Source: Candidatus Magasanikiibacteriota bacterium (lineage in GTDB: Bacteria > Patescibacteriota > Patescibacteriia > Magasanikbacterales > UBA922). Taken from it: a DNA stretch of 64,000 nt. The translations under genes and the position numbers were made by a program. The stretch spans positions 4,416 through 68,415 of the forward strand of contig JABIBU010000027.1 of NCBI GenBank assembly GCA_018652595.1, in the 5' to 3' direction. The stretch's first letter is position 1. Each line of letters starts with the position of its first letter. The notes below the pieces were generated by a model. That model was not told the DNA's origin, ran no database searches, and saw only the letters and a program-made list of their open reading frames with translations. Shown piece after piece: positions 20,699-30,006 of the stretch.

Positions 20699-22172
20699 TT
20701 AAACGAGGAAAGAGAATCTCTCCTTTTTTTATTATACCATTTTCTAGCAGTTTTCCCCAATTATGGCTCAAATCTTTTGTTCCGAGCTGGTCTAAAATAT
20801 TTTTAGCTGACTCTGGGATGATTGGAAGTAGGGCTACTGCAATATGACGTAGACCTTCTGCAAGTTGATAAAGAAGTTCAGAAATATCCTCGCCATTCTT
20901 AGCCTTTGCCCAAGGTTTTTCATTTGAAATTAGTGCATCAATCTCGCCGACAAAAGAATTAATATTTTTTACACACTCTTCAAAATTATATTTACTCAAA
21001 CTATCATTATATTTTTTCCAAAACTCTGTTACTTGATATTTATCATCTGCTAGTTGTGGAATCTTATTATCATTATACTTCTCCAACATTGTAAGTACAC
21101 GTGAAGTCAAATTACCAACTCCATTCACAAGATGAGCCGTATAAAATTCTTCAAATCTTTCAATGCTAAAGTCACCATCGTCATAAGATGGAACTGCACC
21201 GAGTATGTAGTAACGCAGGGCATCTGTGCCGTATTTTTCAGCAATCTTAAATGGATCTACCACATTACCAAGAGATTTGCTCATCTTCTGGCCTTCTGAG
21301 GTAATAAAACCGTGTATAAAGACTTGTTTAGAAGTTGGAAGTCCAGCTGATAGCAACATGGCTTGCCACATGGCAGTTTGTTGACGCAAGTTATCTTTTC
21401 CAGCCACCTGAACCCCTGGCCAAAACTTTTCAAAATTCTCTTTATCGTCGGGCCAGCCTAAGGTAGAAATATAATTTACCAATGCATCAAACCAAACATA
21501 TATTACTTGTTCCGCGTCACCTGGTACTAGTACACCCCAAGGCATCTTTTCTTTAATTCTCGAAATACTAAAATCCTGCAAACCGCGTTCTACAAATTTT
21601 GTAATTTCATTGAATCTGTGTTGTGGTACCACAAAATCTGGATTGGCTTTGTACATTTCTAGAAGTGGTTCTTGGTATTTTGAAAACTTAAAAAAATAAT
21701 TTTCTTCGTCAATAATTTCCAAATCCAAATTTGGATGTACTGGACATTTGTCATCAACAAGCTCGGAATCAGTTTTTTCTAGCTCACAACCAACACAATA
21801 CTTTACTTGGTAATTTTTTTTATAAATATCCTCATTTTGCAAACACAATTTCCAAAATTTCTGTGCAGCTGCTTCGTGATGCTTGTCTGTGGTGCGAATA
21901 AAGCTAGTGTAAGATAAATTCAAAGCTTGTTTTAGAGCATCAAACTTTCCTGCCCATTCGTCACAATATGCTTGCGGCGAAACACCAAGCTCCTCAGCCT
22001 TACGAAAGATTTTCAAACCATGTTCGTCAGTTCCAGTATTGAAAACCACCTCATCATCGAGTAATGTATGGTACCGTGCCAAAACGTCTGCCTGAATAAT
22101 CTCCAAAGCAAAACCAATATGCGGTTTGGCATTTACATAAGGGAGTGTGGTTGTTATATAATATTTGTTCAT
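20694..22172 (-). CDS. metG: Methionyl-tRNA synthetase
   Basis: YVNAKPHIG, TGTDEHG, YVWFDAL.NY, KMSKS; likely start MNKYY. Confidence 0.96.
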   Translation of the reverse strand: MNKYYITTTLPYVNAKPHIGFALEIIQADVLARYHTLLDDEVVFNTGTDEHGLKIFRKAEELGVSPQAYCDEWAGKFDALKQALNLSYTSFIRTTDKHHEAAAQKFWKLCLQNEDIYKKNYQVKYCVGCELEKTDSELVDDKCPVHPNLDLEIIDEENYFFKFSKYQEPLLEMYKANPDFVVPQHRFNEITKFVERGLQDFSISRIKEKMPWGVLVPGDAEQVIYVWFDALVNYISTLGWPDDKENFEKFWPGVQVAGKDNLRQQTAMWQAMLLSAGLPTSKQVFIHGFITSEGQKMSKSLGNVVDPFKIAEKYGTDALRYYILGAVPSYDDGDFSIERFEEFYTAHLVNGVGNLTSRVLTMLEKYNDNKIPQLADDKYQVTEFWKKYNDSLSKYNFEECVKNINSFVGEIDALISNEKPWAKAKNGEDISELLYQLAEGLRHIAVALLPIIPESAKNILDQLGTKDLSHNWGKLLENGIIKKGEILFPRLK

Positions 22173-22206
22173 ATTTTTTTCAACTCTCATTAATATTTAA
22201 ATTGTT

Positions 22207-22289
22207 TATAGATACACAGATTGAACTAATTTAACGAATACGAACGAATTCGTTTTGATCTGTTAAATTCGTTAAATTCGCGTATTTAT
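22207..22289. repeat. Family A element
   Basis: TATAGATACACAGATTGAACTAATTTAACGAAT with complementary arm. Confidence 0.75.
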
Positions 22290-22948
22290 TTTGCAATAAC
22301 TATTACAAACTCCCCTTTTTCTTTAATTTCCATACTTGAAACTTGACTAATATTTCCTCTGTAAATTGTTTCAAACTTTTTGGTTAATTCACGGCAGACA
22401 CACACTTGTCTATTTTCATCTAATATTTCACTCAATTCCTTGAGTGATTTTTTTATTCTGTGACATGATTCATAAAAAGCGACTGTAAATTTCTGATCTT
22501 TTAATTCTTCAAAATATTTTTTTCGTCCTTTTTTATGTGGTGGAAACCCCATGAATACAAACTTATCAGTTGGAAATCCTGAAATTGACAAAGCTGTGGT
22601 GACTGCACTTGCTCCAGGAATTGGTATTACTTCTACCCCGTGTTCGGTAACTTGTTGTACTAGCTGATTGCCTGGATCGGAAATTCCAGGAGTACCAGCA
22701 TCGGTTACTAAAGCTAAATTTCTTCCTTCTTCTAGTAGTTTGATAATTTCATTTATTTTTTTGTCCTTACTGTGTTGATGATAGCTAATTGTATCTGTAT
22801 CTATTTCATGGCGATTTAAGAGCTTTTTCGTCACTCTAGTGTCTTCACACAATACAAAATCAACGCTTTTTAGAGTTTCTAGCGCTCGCAAGGTCATATC
22901 ACCCAAATTTCCTATAGGCGTAGCCACAATGTATAGTTTTCCATTCAT
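22286..22948 (-). CDS. rsmI: 16S rRNA C1402 2'-O-methyltransferase
   Basis: LYIVATPIGNL.D, CEDTR, DAGTPGISDPG, RELTKKFE. Confidence 0.95.
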   Translation of the reverse strand: MNGKLYIVATPIGNLGDMTLRALETLKSVDFVLCEDTRVTKKLLNRHEIDTDTISYHQHSKDKKINEIIKLLEEGRNLALVTDAGTPGISDPGNQLVQQVTEHGVEVIPIPGASAVTTALSISGFPTDKFVFMGFPPHKKGRKKYFEELKDQKFTVAFYESCHRIKKSLKELSEILDENRQVCVCRELTKKFETIYRGNISQVSSMEIKEKGEFVIVIAK

Positions 22949-23061
22949 ATGGTAGTAGTTTAGCAGGATTGAGCAAAAAAATCAAAAAACCGCTCTTAAA
23001 CGGTTTCTTATAACTTAAAACTTATCAGAGAATACTGATACCCTGTGGGTATTGCTTTGTT

Positions 23062-23250
23062 TTACTCCTCACAACTAATTGCAGCCGTAGGGCATGAATC
23101 TACTGCCATTTTTACAGTTTCATCAGTGTCTCCTGGAGGATTAATAGCCTCTGCTTTATTTGTCTCATCATTCATAGCAAAGCTATTTGGTGCGACAGCT
23201 GGACATGTGCCACAGCCAATGCACAATTCTTCGTTTACAATGCATTTCAT
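23062..23250 (-). CDS. Single-cluster ferredoxin
   Basis: CIGCGTC ... CPTAAI. Confidence 0.9.
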   Translation of the reverse strand: MKCIVNEELCIGCGTCPAVAPNSFAMNDETNKAEAINPPGDTDETVKMAVDSCPTAAISCEE

Positions 23251-23268
23251 AAAATTTAATTTAAAAAT

Positions 23269-23352
23269 AAATAGAACACGAATTAAACTAATCTAACTAA
23301 TTATAACGAATTCGTTCAGATTAGTCCAATTCGTTAGATCTGTGTTCTATTT
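23269..23352. repeat. Family A element overlapping the iscU stop
   Basis: ATAGAACACGAATT ... GATCTGTGTTCTAT inverted arms. Confidence 0.8.
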
Positions 23353-23777
23353 TTATAATCTTTAATAGCTTTTTCCAAAGCTTGATCACCCAAAACCGAA
23401 CAATGAATCTTATTCGGTGGAAGCCCGCCCAATCTTTCCAAAATATCTTGCGGAGTAATTTTTAAAGCTTTTTCAATTGTCATACCACCATTTTCTAGTA
23501 CCATCTCAGACATCATAGAAGTAGAAGCGATAGCACTACCACAACCAAAAGTCTGCCATTTGCAATCTATAATTTTATCGTCCTCAACTTTTATCCATAC
23601 CACCATTTCATCACCACAAGCTGGACTACCTACTCTGCCAACACCATTGGCCTTAAACTTTTCTTCTTCGCCGTGTTTCAATAAATTTCTAGGATTAAAA
23701 AAATGATCTTTGACTATATCAGAGTAAAGCCAATCATTACCTTGTTTATCTTTTATTTTAGGACTTTGATTTGTCAT
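23334..23777 (-). CDS. iscU: IscU/NifU-type Fe-S scaffold
   Basis: DHFFNPRN, GSPACGD, FGCGSAIAS, KIHCS. Confidence 0.93.
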   Translation of the reverse strand: MTNQSPKIKDKQGNDWLYSDIVKDHFFNPRNLLKHGEEEKFKANGVGRVGSPACGDEMVVWIKVEDDKIIDCKWQTFGCGSAIASTSMMSEMVLENGGMTIEKALKITPQDILERLGGLPPNKIHCSVLGDQALEKAIKDYKNRTQI

Positions 23778-24993
23778 ATTTTAAATTAACTGGTGAAATT
23801 TCACGCAACTTCTCTACAATTCCAGGTAGATACTTTATCACATAATCAACATCTTCCTTGGTATTGCGCTTACCTAATGTAAAACGCAGACTACCATGGG
23901 CATACTCATCTGGTAGACCGCAAGCAATTAGTACATGAGATGCGTCTAGAGATCCAGACGAACAAGCAGAACCAGTCGAGGTCACGATTCCGTATTCGTC
24001 CAAATATAAAAGCATTGCCTCACCTTCGATATCCAAGAAGGTTACATTTAAATTGTTTGGTAGACGAGTTTTTTCATCGTCTAGCTTAGTTCCGTTTAAT
24101 ACTATCTTATCAATATTTTTTTGAAGTTCTTCCCAAAAATACTGTCTGAGTTCTATTAGTCTTTTGTTTTCTTGTCCTTTATTTTCTTGAGATAGTTCCA
24201 AAGCCTTTGCTAATCCAATTATACCAGGGACATTCTCTGTTCCAGCTCGTAATCCCATCTCCTGTCCACCACCGTGGATTAAAGAATGCAAGTCTACTTT
24301 TCGTCTTTTGTATAAAACACCGATACCCTTTGGTCCGTAAATTTTACTACCATTTATAGTCAACAGGTCTACATGCAATTTTTCTACATCCAGATCTAAG
24401 ACACCGGCAGCCTGACAGGCATCACTGTGAAAATACGGATAGACAGTATTTTTAGTTTTGCGCCATTTCAAAATCTCTCTACCCACATCTGCAATAGGTA
24501 GTATAGTTCCAATTTCATTATTAGCGTACATGATTGAGACAAGAATTGTATCCGTGCGCAGAGCATTTTTAAATTCTTTTAAATCAATTTGCCCTTCTTT
24601 GTTTACATTTAGATAAGTAATTTCAAAACCATCTTTTTCTAAAAATTTACAAGTCTCAAGCACTGCTGGATGTTCTATCTTTGTTGTAATAATATGCTTA
24701 CCATTTCTTTTGTGTGGGTAAGCCATTCCTTGAATAGCCAAATTGTCTGATTCAGTTCCACCACTAGTAAAAATAATAGTATCTGCCTGTGCACCCAAAA
24801 TTTGGGCAATACTTTTACGAGCATTTGCGACATCTTTACTAACCTCTCTACCAATTCCATAAAGTCCAGAAGGATTGGCAAATCTTTCTGTATAATAAGG
24901 ATTCATCACGGCTTTTACTTCCTTGTCTACATAAGTAGTGGCTGCATGATCCAAATATACTAGTTTTTTTTCTTTTGGTTTGTTTGGAAACAT
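23758..24993 (-). CDS. iscS: Cysteine desulfurase
   Basis: YLDHAATT, FTSGGTESDN, HSDACQA, KIYGPKG, STGSACSS. Confidence 0.93.
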   Translation of the reverse strand: MFPNKPKEKKLVYLDHAATTYVDKEVKAVMNPYYTERFANPSGLYGIGREVSKDVANARKSIAQILGAQADTIIFTSGGTESDNLAIQGMAYPHKRNGKHIITTKIEHPAVLETCKFLEKDGFEITYLNVNKEGQIDLKEFKNALRTDTILVSIMYANNEIGTILPIADVGREILKWRKTKNTVYPYFHSDACQAAGVLDLDVEKLHVDLLTINGSKIYGPKGIGVLYKRRKVDLHSLIHGGGQEMGLRAGTENVPGIIGLAKALELSQENKGQENKRLIELRQYFWEELQKNIDKIVLNGTKLDDEKTRLPNNLNVTFLDIEGEAMLLYLDEYGIVTSTGSACSSGSLDASHVLIACGLPDEYAHGSLRFTLGKRNTKEDVDYVIKYLPGIVEKLREISPVNLKYDKSKS

Positions 24994-24996
24994 ATA

Positions 24997-25395
24997 TTAT
25001 ACAAAATCAGCGAGCTTAGTCTTTTCTAAATAGTCTGTAAGATGAGTGTTTATTTTTTTGAAAACTTTTCTTGATTCACATTTTTTTTCACGCTTACAGC
25101 CACACTTACCACGCAGGCAGTGAATAATTGCATAATCCCCTTCCAACGCCTCGATAATTTCCTTTAGTGTAATTTTCAAAGGATTTTTCTTTAACATATA
25201 ACCACCCTGGGCGCCTTTGGTCGCCTCTATGATATTTGCATCTTTTAATTTTTTTGCGATTCTTTGCAAAAACAAAAAAGATATCCCAGTGTCTTTGGAA
25301 AAAGTTCGCAAGCTTAGTAGGTCTCCTCTACTTCCTTTTGCGAGAGTTATTACTAGCTGTAGACCATAGTCTACCTCTTTGGTAAATTGAAGCAT
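24997..25395 (-). CDS. Rrf2/IscR-like transcriptional regulator
   Basis: DYGL, GAQGGY.L, TLKEIIEALEG, Cys cluster CLRGKCGC...C; heads the isc cluster. Confidence 0.88.
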   Translation of the reverse strand: MLQFTKEVDYGLQLVITLAKGSRGDLLSLRTFSKDTGISFLFLQRIAKKLKDANIIEATKGAQGGYMLKKNPLKITLKEIIEALEGDYAIIHCLRGKCGCKREKKCESRKVFKKINTHLTDYLEKTKLADFV

Positions 25396-25494
25396 ATTTT
25401 TATAATTAATACTTGGTTAGTATGATATAATAAATCAAAACAAAAGTCAAGTAAAAATCAGCCTGAGGCTGATTTTATAGTATCTAATATATAT

Positions 25495-26082
25495 TTACAA
25501 TGGTAAAGTGAGATTAATATTACCACCACCAACTTCTCCATTACTACCGACTATTTCTTTTGGTAGATCAAAATTAACACCTATTGGCTGAAGATCTCCA
25601 GTCAAAGTCTGGATATATAACATCTTATTTTGCTTGCCATACTCATAAACTTCCTTTGTAACTTTTACATCTTGTTCGCAATATCTTTTTACATCTTCTT
25701 TCCTACCTTCTTCCCACCATTTCATAGCTTCCAATCCGTCAGCGCTTTTGGAAACATTTTCAAGAGTCGCTTTGGCCACATCGTCCAATTTATAGCGCTT
25801 TCCATTGATTTCTTTTATTACTTTTAGCAGATCTAGATGAGGAAAGGCCATTAAGTCGCCAGTATAGTATTTATTCAAAATGGGCATATCAAAATGTTCA
25901 CTATTGTATCCTATAGTACGTTCTGCTTTTTCCAAAACCGGCCACAGATCTCCGAGTTCATGTTCTTCAAAAGAAGTATACTTGTCAGTCTCATACTCAT
26001 AAATAGAGACAACTGTAATTTTTAATTCATCAAATTTTTTTATATCACCGATTGTTTCAATGTCGAGAACAACTTCTTTCAT
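25495..26082 (-). CDS. RNase H-like DEDD exonuclease (YprB/RNase_H_2 type)
   Basis: VLDIET, GYNSEHFD, LDDVAKATL, YCEQDV. Confidence 0.8.
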   Translation of the reverse strand: MKEVVLDIETIGDIKKFDELKITVVSIYEYETDKYTSFEEHELGDLWPVLEKAERTIGYNSEHFDMPILNKYYTGDLMAFPHLDLLKVIKEINGKRYKLDDVAKATLENVSKSADGLEAMKWWEEGRKEDVKRYCEQDVKVTKEVYEYGKQNKMLYIQTLTGDLQPIGVNFDLPKEIVGSNGEVGGGNINLTLPL

Positions 26083-26245
26083 ATTTTTACACGGATTACG
26101 CGGAATAAAAGGAATGCACGGAATATTACCAATCTATTTACTGCATAAATTAATTGTTAAGGTCATTATTGTAACATAGTTTTTATTTAAATACAAAAAA
26201 CACGGTGGATTCCGTGTTTTCCTTAATTTCTGTTTTTTCCGTGTA

Positions 26246-26473
26246 TTATTTCAAAAGTGTCTCGATTTTCGCTTTATCAAAACCTACAATAATCTCACCG
26301 TCGATATCAATAACAGGCACGCCCATCTGGCCGGACTTATCCATCATTTCCTTTGCTTTGTCTTGGTCTTCGGCAACATTAATTTCAGTATACTCCACAC
26401 CTTTTTCCTTAAAAAATTCTTTTGCCTGCAGGCAATAAGGACAAGTTGGGGTTGAATAGATTGTTACTTTCAT
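26246..26473 (-). CDS. Glutaredoxin (YruB/NrdH-like)
   Basis: YSTPTCPYC, SGQMGVPVI. Confidence 0.93.
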   Translation of the reverse strand: MKVTIYSTPTCPYCLQAKEFFKEKGVEYTEINVAEDQDKAKEMMDKSGQMGVPVIDIDGEIIVGFDKAKIETLLK

Positions 26474-26547
26474 ATTTTTATTTATTAGATTAATTAACTA
26501 CCATTTTAGTATAACACTATTTAACTTAATCCAACCTGTGGATAAAA

Positions 26548-26898
26548 TTACATCTTTCTAAACTTTACAGAAAACAAAGGCTCGTATTCATTGTCATACT
26601 CATCTCTTATCTCAATGCTTTCACCCTTCATTACTTTATTAAGTGCTATATCATTCAACATTTCTTGATCTGACTCAATATCGATTTTTAAATCCTCCAA
26701 CTTAATAAACTCACCAGAAAACTGTTCCTTTGTTGTCTGTTCAATCTGCTTTTTCTTCTCACGCATTGTTCTTAATTTTTCTGTAAGTTCTTGATATTCT
26801 AAAGATGAAGCTAGAGCATCTTTGTAAGCTGTCCTAATGTCTTTTTGTTTTTTCTTGGCAACCTGGATTCTATTGAAGATTTCCTGTATATTTTGCAT
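26548..26898 (-). CDS. Hypothetical coiled-coil protein
   Basis: 116 aa, charged helical composition, host-like codon usage. Confidence 0.7.
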   Translation of the reverse strand: MQNIQEIFNRIQVAKKKQKDIRTAYKDALASSLEYQELTEKLRTMREKKKQIEQTTKEQFSGEFIKLEDLKIDIESDQEMLNDIALNKVMKGESIEIRDEYDNEYEPLFSVKFRKM

Positions 26899-26982
26899 AG
26901 TATTCTGTATTTAGTTAGTGTGAAACATTATAACACAGATCAAAAAACCGGTCACTGTTGATAGTTTCCGGTTTTCTTATTT

Positions 26983-27144
26983 CTATTCCTCTTTTGTCTC
27001 TTCTTCAGAAGGAAGATCGTGTTTTCCATCTTCACAATTACACTCTTTTAGATCATGTTCGTGTAGTGGGCAGGTCTCGGCTTGGCAAGTGCCAGGTGTC
27101 TCAGAAACACCCCCGCAACCACCAGTACATACATAGTGTGTCAT
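26983..27144 (-). CDS. Small Cys/His-rich metal-binding-like protein (53 aa)
   Basis: Manual translation: MTHYVCTGGCGGVSETPGTCQAETCPLHEHDLKECNCEDGKHDLPSEEETKEE*; terminator-like hairpin at 26942-26976. Confidence 0.7.
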   Translation of the reverse strand: MTHYVCTGGCGGVSETPGTCQAETCPLHEHDLKECNCEDGKHDLPSEEETKEE

Positions 27145-27253
27145 ATGTTCTATAATTAAGATTTATATTTCAAACCCAACCAGACTAAGGTTGTATTTTT
27201 ACTCGGCTTATGCTAGTATACCATATCCAAATAAAGATATAAACAAAACTAAT

Positions 27254-28369
27254 ATGTCGTCAAGAGTTATAATAGTCCACTACGATGAAATTGCCATCAA
27301 AGGTAAAAATCGTCCAAAATTTGAGGGTCAGCTAGTGGATAATATCAGAGAGAAAATAAAAATCGCAAAACTAAAAGGCGAAGTACAAAAAAAGTATGGT
27401 CGTCTTGATATTGTAATTCCAGAGTTAGATCAAAAAGAAGATTGGATTAGGCTTCTCCAGACAACTTTTGGAATTGCTAATTTTAGTTTTGCTGTGCTTG
27501 TTGAACAAGATTTAGAGGTAATCAAAAACCAATGCCTAGAAGAAATTAGTAAACAAGAGTTTGAGACTTTTCGCATTACCACACAAAGAAGTAATAAAAA
27601 CTTTCCGATCGGCTCCATGGAGGTTAGCAAGGAAGTTGGTGCCTATGTTTTTGAAAATTTGAAAAAGAAAGTTGATTTGTTCAATCCTGACACTACTTGT
27701 TTTATTAGTATTGTAGATAATTTTGCACTCATATACTCAGAGAAAATCCAAGGCCCAGGAGGACTACCTGTAGGAATCAATGGCAAGGCTGTAGTACTGC
27801 TCTCTGGTGGAATAGATTCGCCAGTAGCTGCTTGGTATGCAATGAAACGAGGACTACGAATTAGTTTTGTGCATTTTCATTCGGCACCATATACTTCTCA
27901 ATCTTCTATCGATAAAGTGGAAGAGCTGGCAGAGATATTAAGAACTTACTCTCCAAATGCAAAGCTCACTTCTATTGCTTTTGGTGATATTCAAAAAAAA
28001 TTAAAATTGCAAATACCAGAGAAATACTTAATTATTTTTTATAGGCGCTATATGTTACGTCTAGCAGAAAAACAAGCAAGAGAATCCGGCGCCAAAGTTT
28101 TGATAACTGGCGAAGCACTAGGCCAAGTAGCTTCGCAGACTTTGGAAAACATGATAGTAGTGGAACAAGCTATTGAGATGATGATCCTTAGACCTCTAAT
28201 AGGTTTTGATAAAAAAGAGATAATAGTTAAAGCCAAGGAAATTGGAACTTTTGAGACTTCTATTCTTCCTCATGACGACTGTTGCACGCTCTTCATGCCA
28301 AAATCACCCGAGACTAGAGCAAAACTGGCAGATATTTTGGAGATAGAAGCTAAGATTGATCTGGAGTAA
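27254..28369 (+). CDS. thiI: tRNA 4-thiouridine synthase (no rhodanese domain)
   Basis: Y.EIAIKGKNR, THUMP domain, LLSGGIDSPVA, TGEALGQVASQT, DDCC; likely start MSSRV. Confidence 0.93.
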   Translation: MSSRVIIVHYDEIAIKGKNRPKFEGQLVDNIREKIKIAKLKGEVQKKYGRLDIVIPELDQKEDWIRLLQTTFGIANFSFAVLVEQDLEVIKNQCLEEISKQEFETFRITTQRSNKNFPIGSMEVSKEVGAYVFENLKKKVDLFNPDTTCFISIVDNFALIYSEKIQGPGGLPVGINGKAVVLLSGGIDSPVAAWYAMKRGLRISFVHFHSAPYTSQSSIDKVEELAEILRTYSPNAKLTSIAFGDIQKKLKLQIPEKYLIIFYRRYMLRLAEKQARESGAKVLITGEALGQVASQTLENMIVVEQAIEMMILRPLIGFDKKEIIVKAKEIGTFETSILPHDDCCTLFMPKSPETRAKLADILEIEAKIDLE

Positions 28370-28391
28370 CGCTTTAAAAAAGAACTAAAAG

Positions 28392-28420
28392 AAACACTCC
28401 GCCTATTTGGCGGAGTGTTT
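28392..28420. terminator. Bidirectional intrinsic terminator
   Basis: AAACACTCCGCC-TATTT-GGCGGAGTGTTT between convergent genes. Confidence 0.85.
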
Positions 28421-28435
28421 TTTCTTATTTATTCT

Positions 28436-29152
28436 TTATTTCATCAAACCCTCTTCAAAATCTACCAAATAAAAATTCCCATCATTTAAAACTGCGGCCT
28501 CAATTTTTTTATCAATTCCAAATATAATACTGAGACCTACAATAATAAATAATATCGCCAAAGTTTTTTTGAACCAACCCTTTGGATCTGCCAGACCACT
28601 CAATCGCTTCGTTACTTTTTGTCCCAGATATGCTATTAAGAGCAATATTGAAGAAAGTCCTGAAGCATAGATTAACAAATAAATAATTCCTACAAAATAA
28701 TTTTGAGGTAGTACAGTTGCCAGAATAAGAAAGTAAGTTGGTGAGCAACTAGAAAACACAGGGCCGAGCGCTGCACCCATCAAGATGTCTCCCCACAAAG
28801 TTTTTTTCTGACTAGACTCATAAAGAAATTTGTCAGATTTGGCAGAGAATTTTAGTTTATTACTAAGACTTCCCCAGAGATTCGGGAAAAGTGCAGTAAA
28901 TCCAAAAAATAAAATAATAAATCCAGAAACCAAGCTCCATGCCTTTGGTGGAATATCAATTAGCAGTGTGCTAGCTTTCAAAAGCAGAGTGAATAGAATA
29001 ATTGAGACAGCTAGCGAACCAACTATAATAAAGGGTCTGCGCTTATTACTATCTTCTACAGATTTGCCAATAATAATAGGCAAAATAGGCAGAATACAAG
29101 GAGCGAGCACTGTAAGTACTCCGGCTACAAAGCTGACTAGAGCTAATGTCAT
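28436..29152 (-). CDS. CcdA/DsbD-type transmembrane electron transporter
   Basis: LTVLAPCILPILP and FSSCSP redox cysteines; about 6 TMs. Confidence 0.88.
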   Translation of the reverse strand: MTLALVSFVAGVLTVLAPCILPILPIIIGKSVEDSNKRRPFIIVGSLAVSIILFTLLLKASTLLIDIPPKAWSLVSGFIILFFGFTALFPNLWGSLSNKLKFSAKSDKFLYESSQKKTLWGDILMGAALGPVFSSCSPTYFLILATVLPQNYFVGIIYLLIYASGLSSILLLIAYLGQKVTKRLSGLADPKGWFKKTLAILFIIVGLSIIFGIDKKIEAAVLNDGNFYLVDFEEGLMK

Positions 29153-29186
29153 AGGCTTATATGGTTAAATTTTGGTAATAGATTTG

Positions 29187-29990
29187 TTATTTTAATTTGT
29201 CAAGAATACTTTGCAAATCACTACCTCCAGTCCATTTTGTAATTTGGTTTCCTTTTTCATCTACTTGAACAAGGGTGTGTTGATATGTAATACTGTATTT
29301 TTTACGAAGATCATTTGCATCATCATAATTTACTTGTAAAATATTCAAGTCAGTTGGAATATCATCTAAAGTTTTGTTCAAATTACTTTCCAAACGACGA
29401 CAAGTTGGGCACCAAGCAGCGTGAAAAAATAAAACTACATTATTTTCTTTTGCTAACGCTAACTTTTCTGGTGAGTAAACTTCATAAGTGCCAGGTAAAT
29501 TTTGTAATATTTCTTCTACTACTATTGTTTCTTCTACTACAGGGACTTCTTCGAGTACTTTTACTTCAGCAACCTGTTCATCAATATCTTTTACAATTAA
29601 TTTTCCAACCATACCTTGGGCGCGATGATTGCCAACCGAGCAATAGAATTCAAACTCTCCTGCTTTGTTAGCTACGAAAGTAACACTGGTTTTGTTACCT
29701 GTATTTATCTTTTTTGTTTTTACATTCAATTTGTCAATTACAAAGTCATGGAAACCTTGTGAATTATAGAAATCTATTGTGACAGTCTCTCCCTTATTTA
29801 TCGTGATTACGTTTGGGGTGAAAGAATAGTTTTTTCCTTCTACCTCTATACGAAGACCGTCTATATTTTGTACATCACCGGCTTCTGTATTTGGATTAAT
29901 TGGAAGGCTTGCTTCTTTGGAAACTTTGTTACAACCTCCACCGATCATAATCAGTGACATTGCAAACACAAAAAATATTTTGTATTTCAT
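29187..29990 (-). CDS. Lipoprotein: cupredoxin domain fused to a thioredoxin domain
   Basis: Lipobox-like IGGGC; HDF..., FYCSVGNHRAQGM (type 1 Cu ligands); FHAAWCPTC; likely start MKYKIFF. Confidence 0.85.
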   Translation of the reverse strand: MKYKIFFVFAMSLIMIGGGCNKVSKEASLPINPNTEAGDVQNIDGLRIEVEGKNYSFTPNVITINKGETVTIDFYNSQGFHDFVIDKLNVKTKKINTGNKTSVTFVANKAGEFEFYCSVGNHRAQGMVGKLIVKDIDEQVAEVKVLEEVPVVEETIVVEEILQNLPGTYEVYSPEKLALAKENNVVLFFHAAWCPTCRRLESNLNKTLDDIPTDLNILQVNYDDANDLRKKYSITYQHTLVQVDEKGNQITKWTGGSDLQSILDKLK

Positions 29991-30006
29991 ATTTTTATTT
30001 ATTAAA

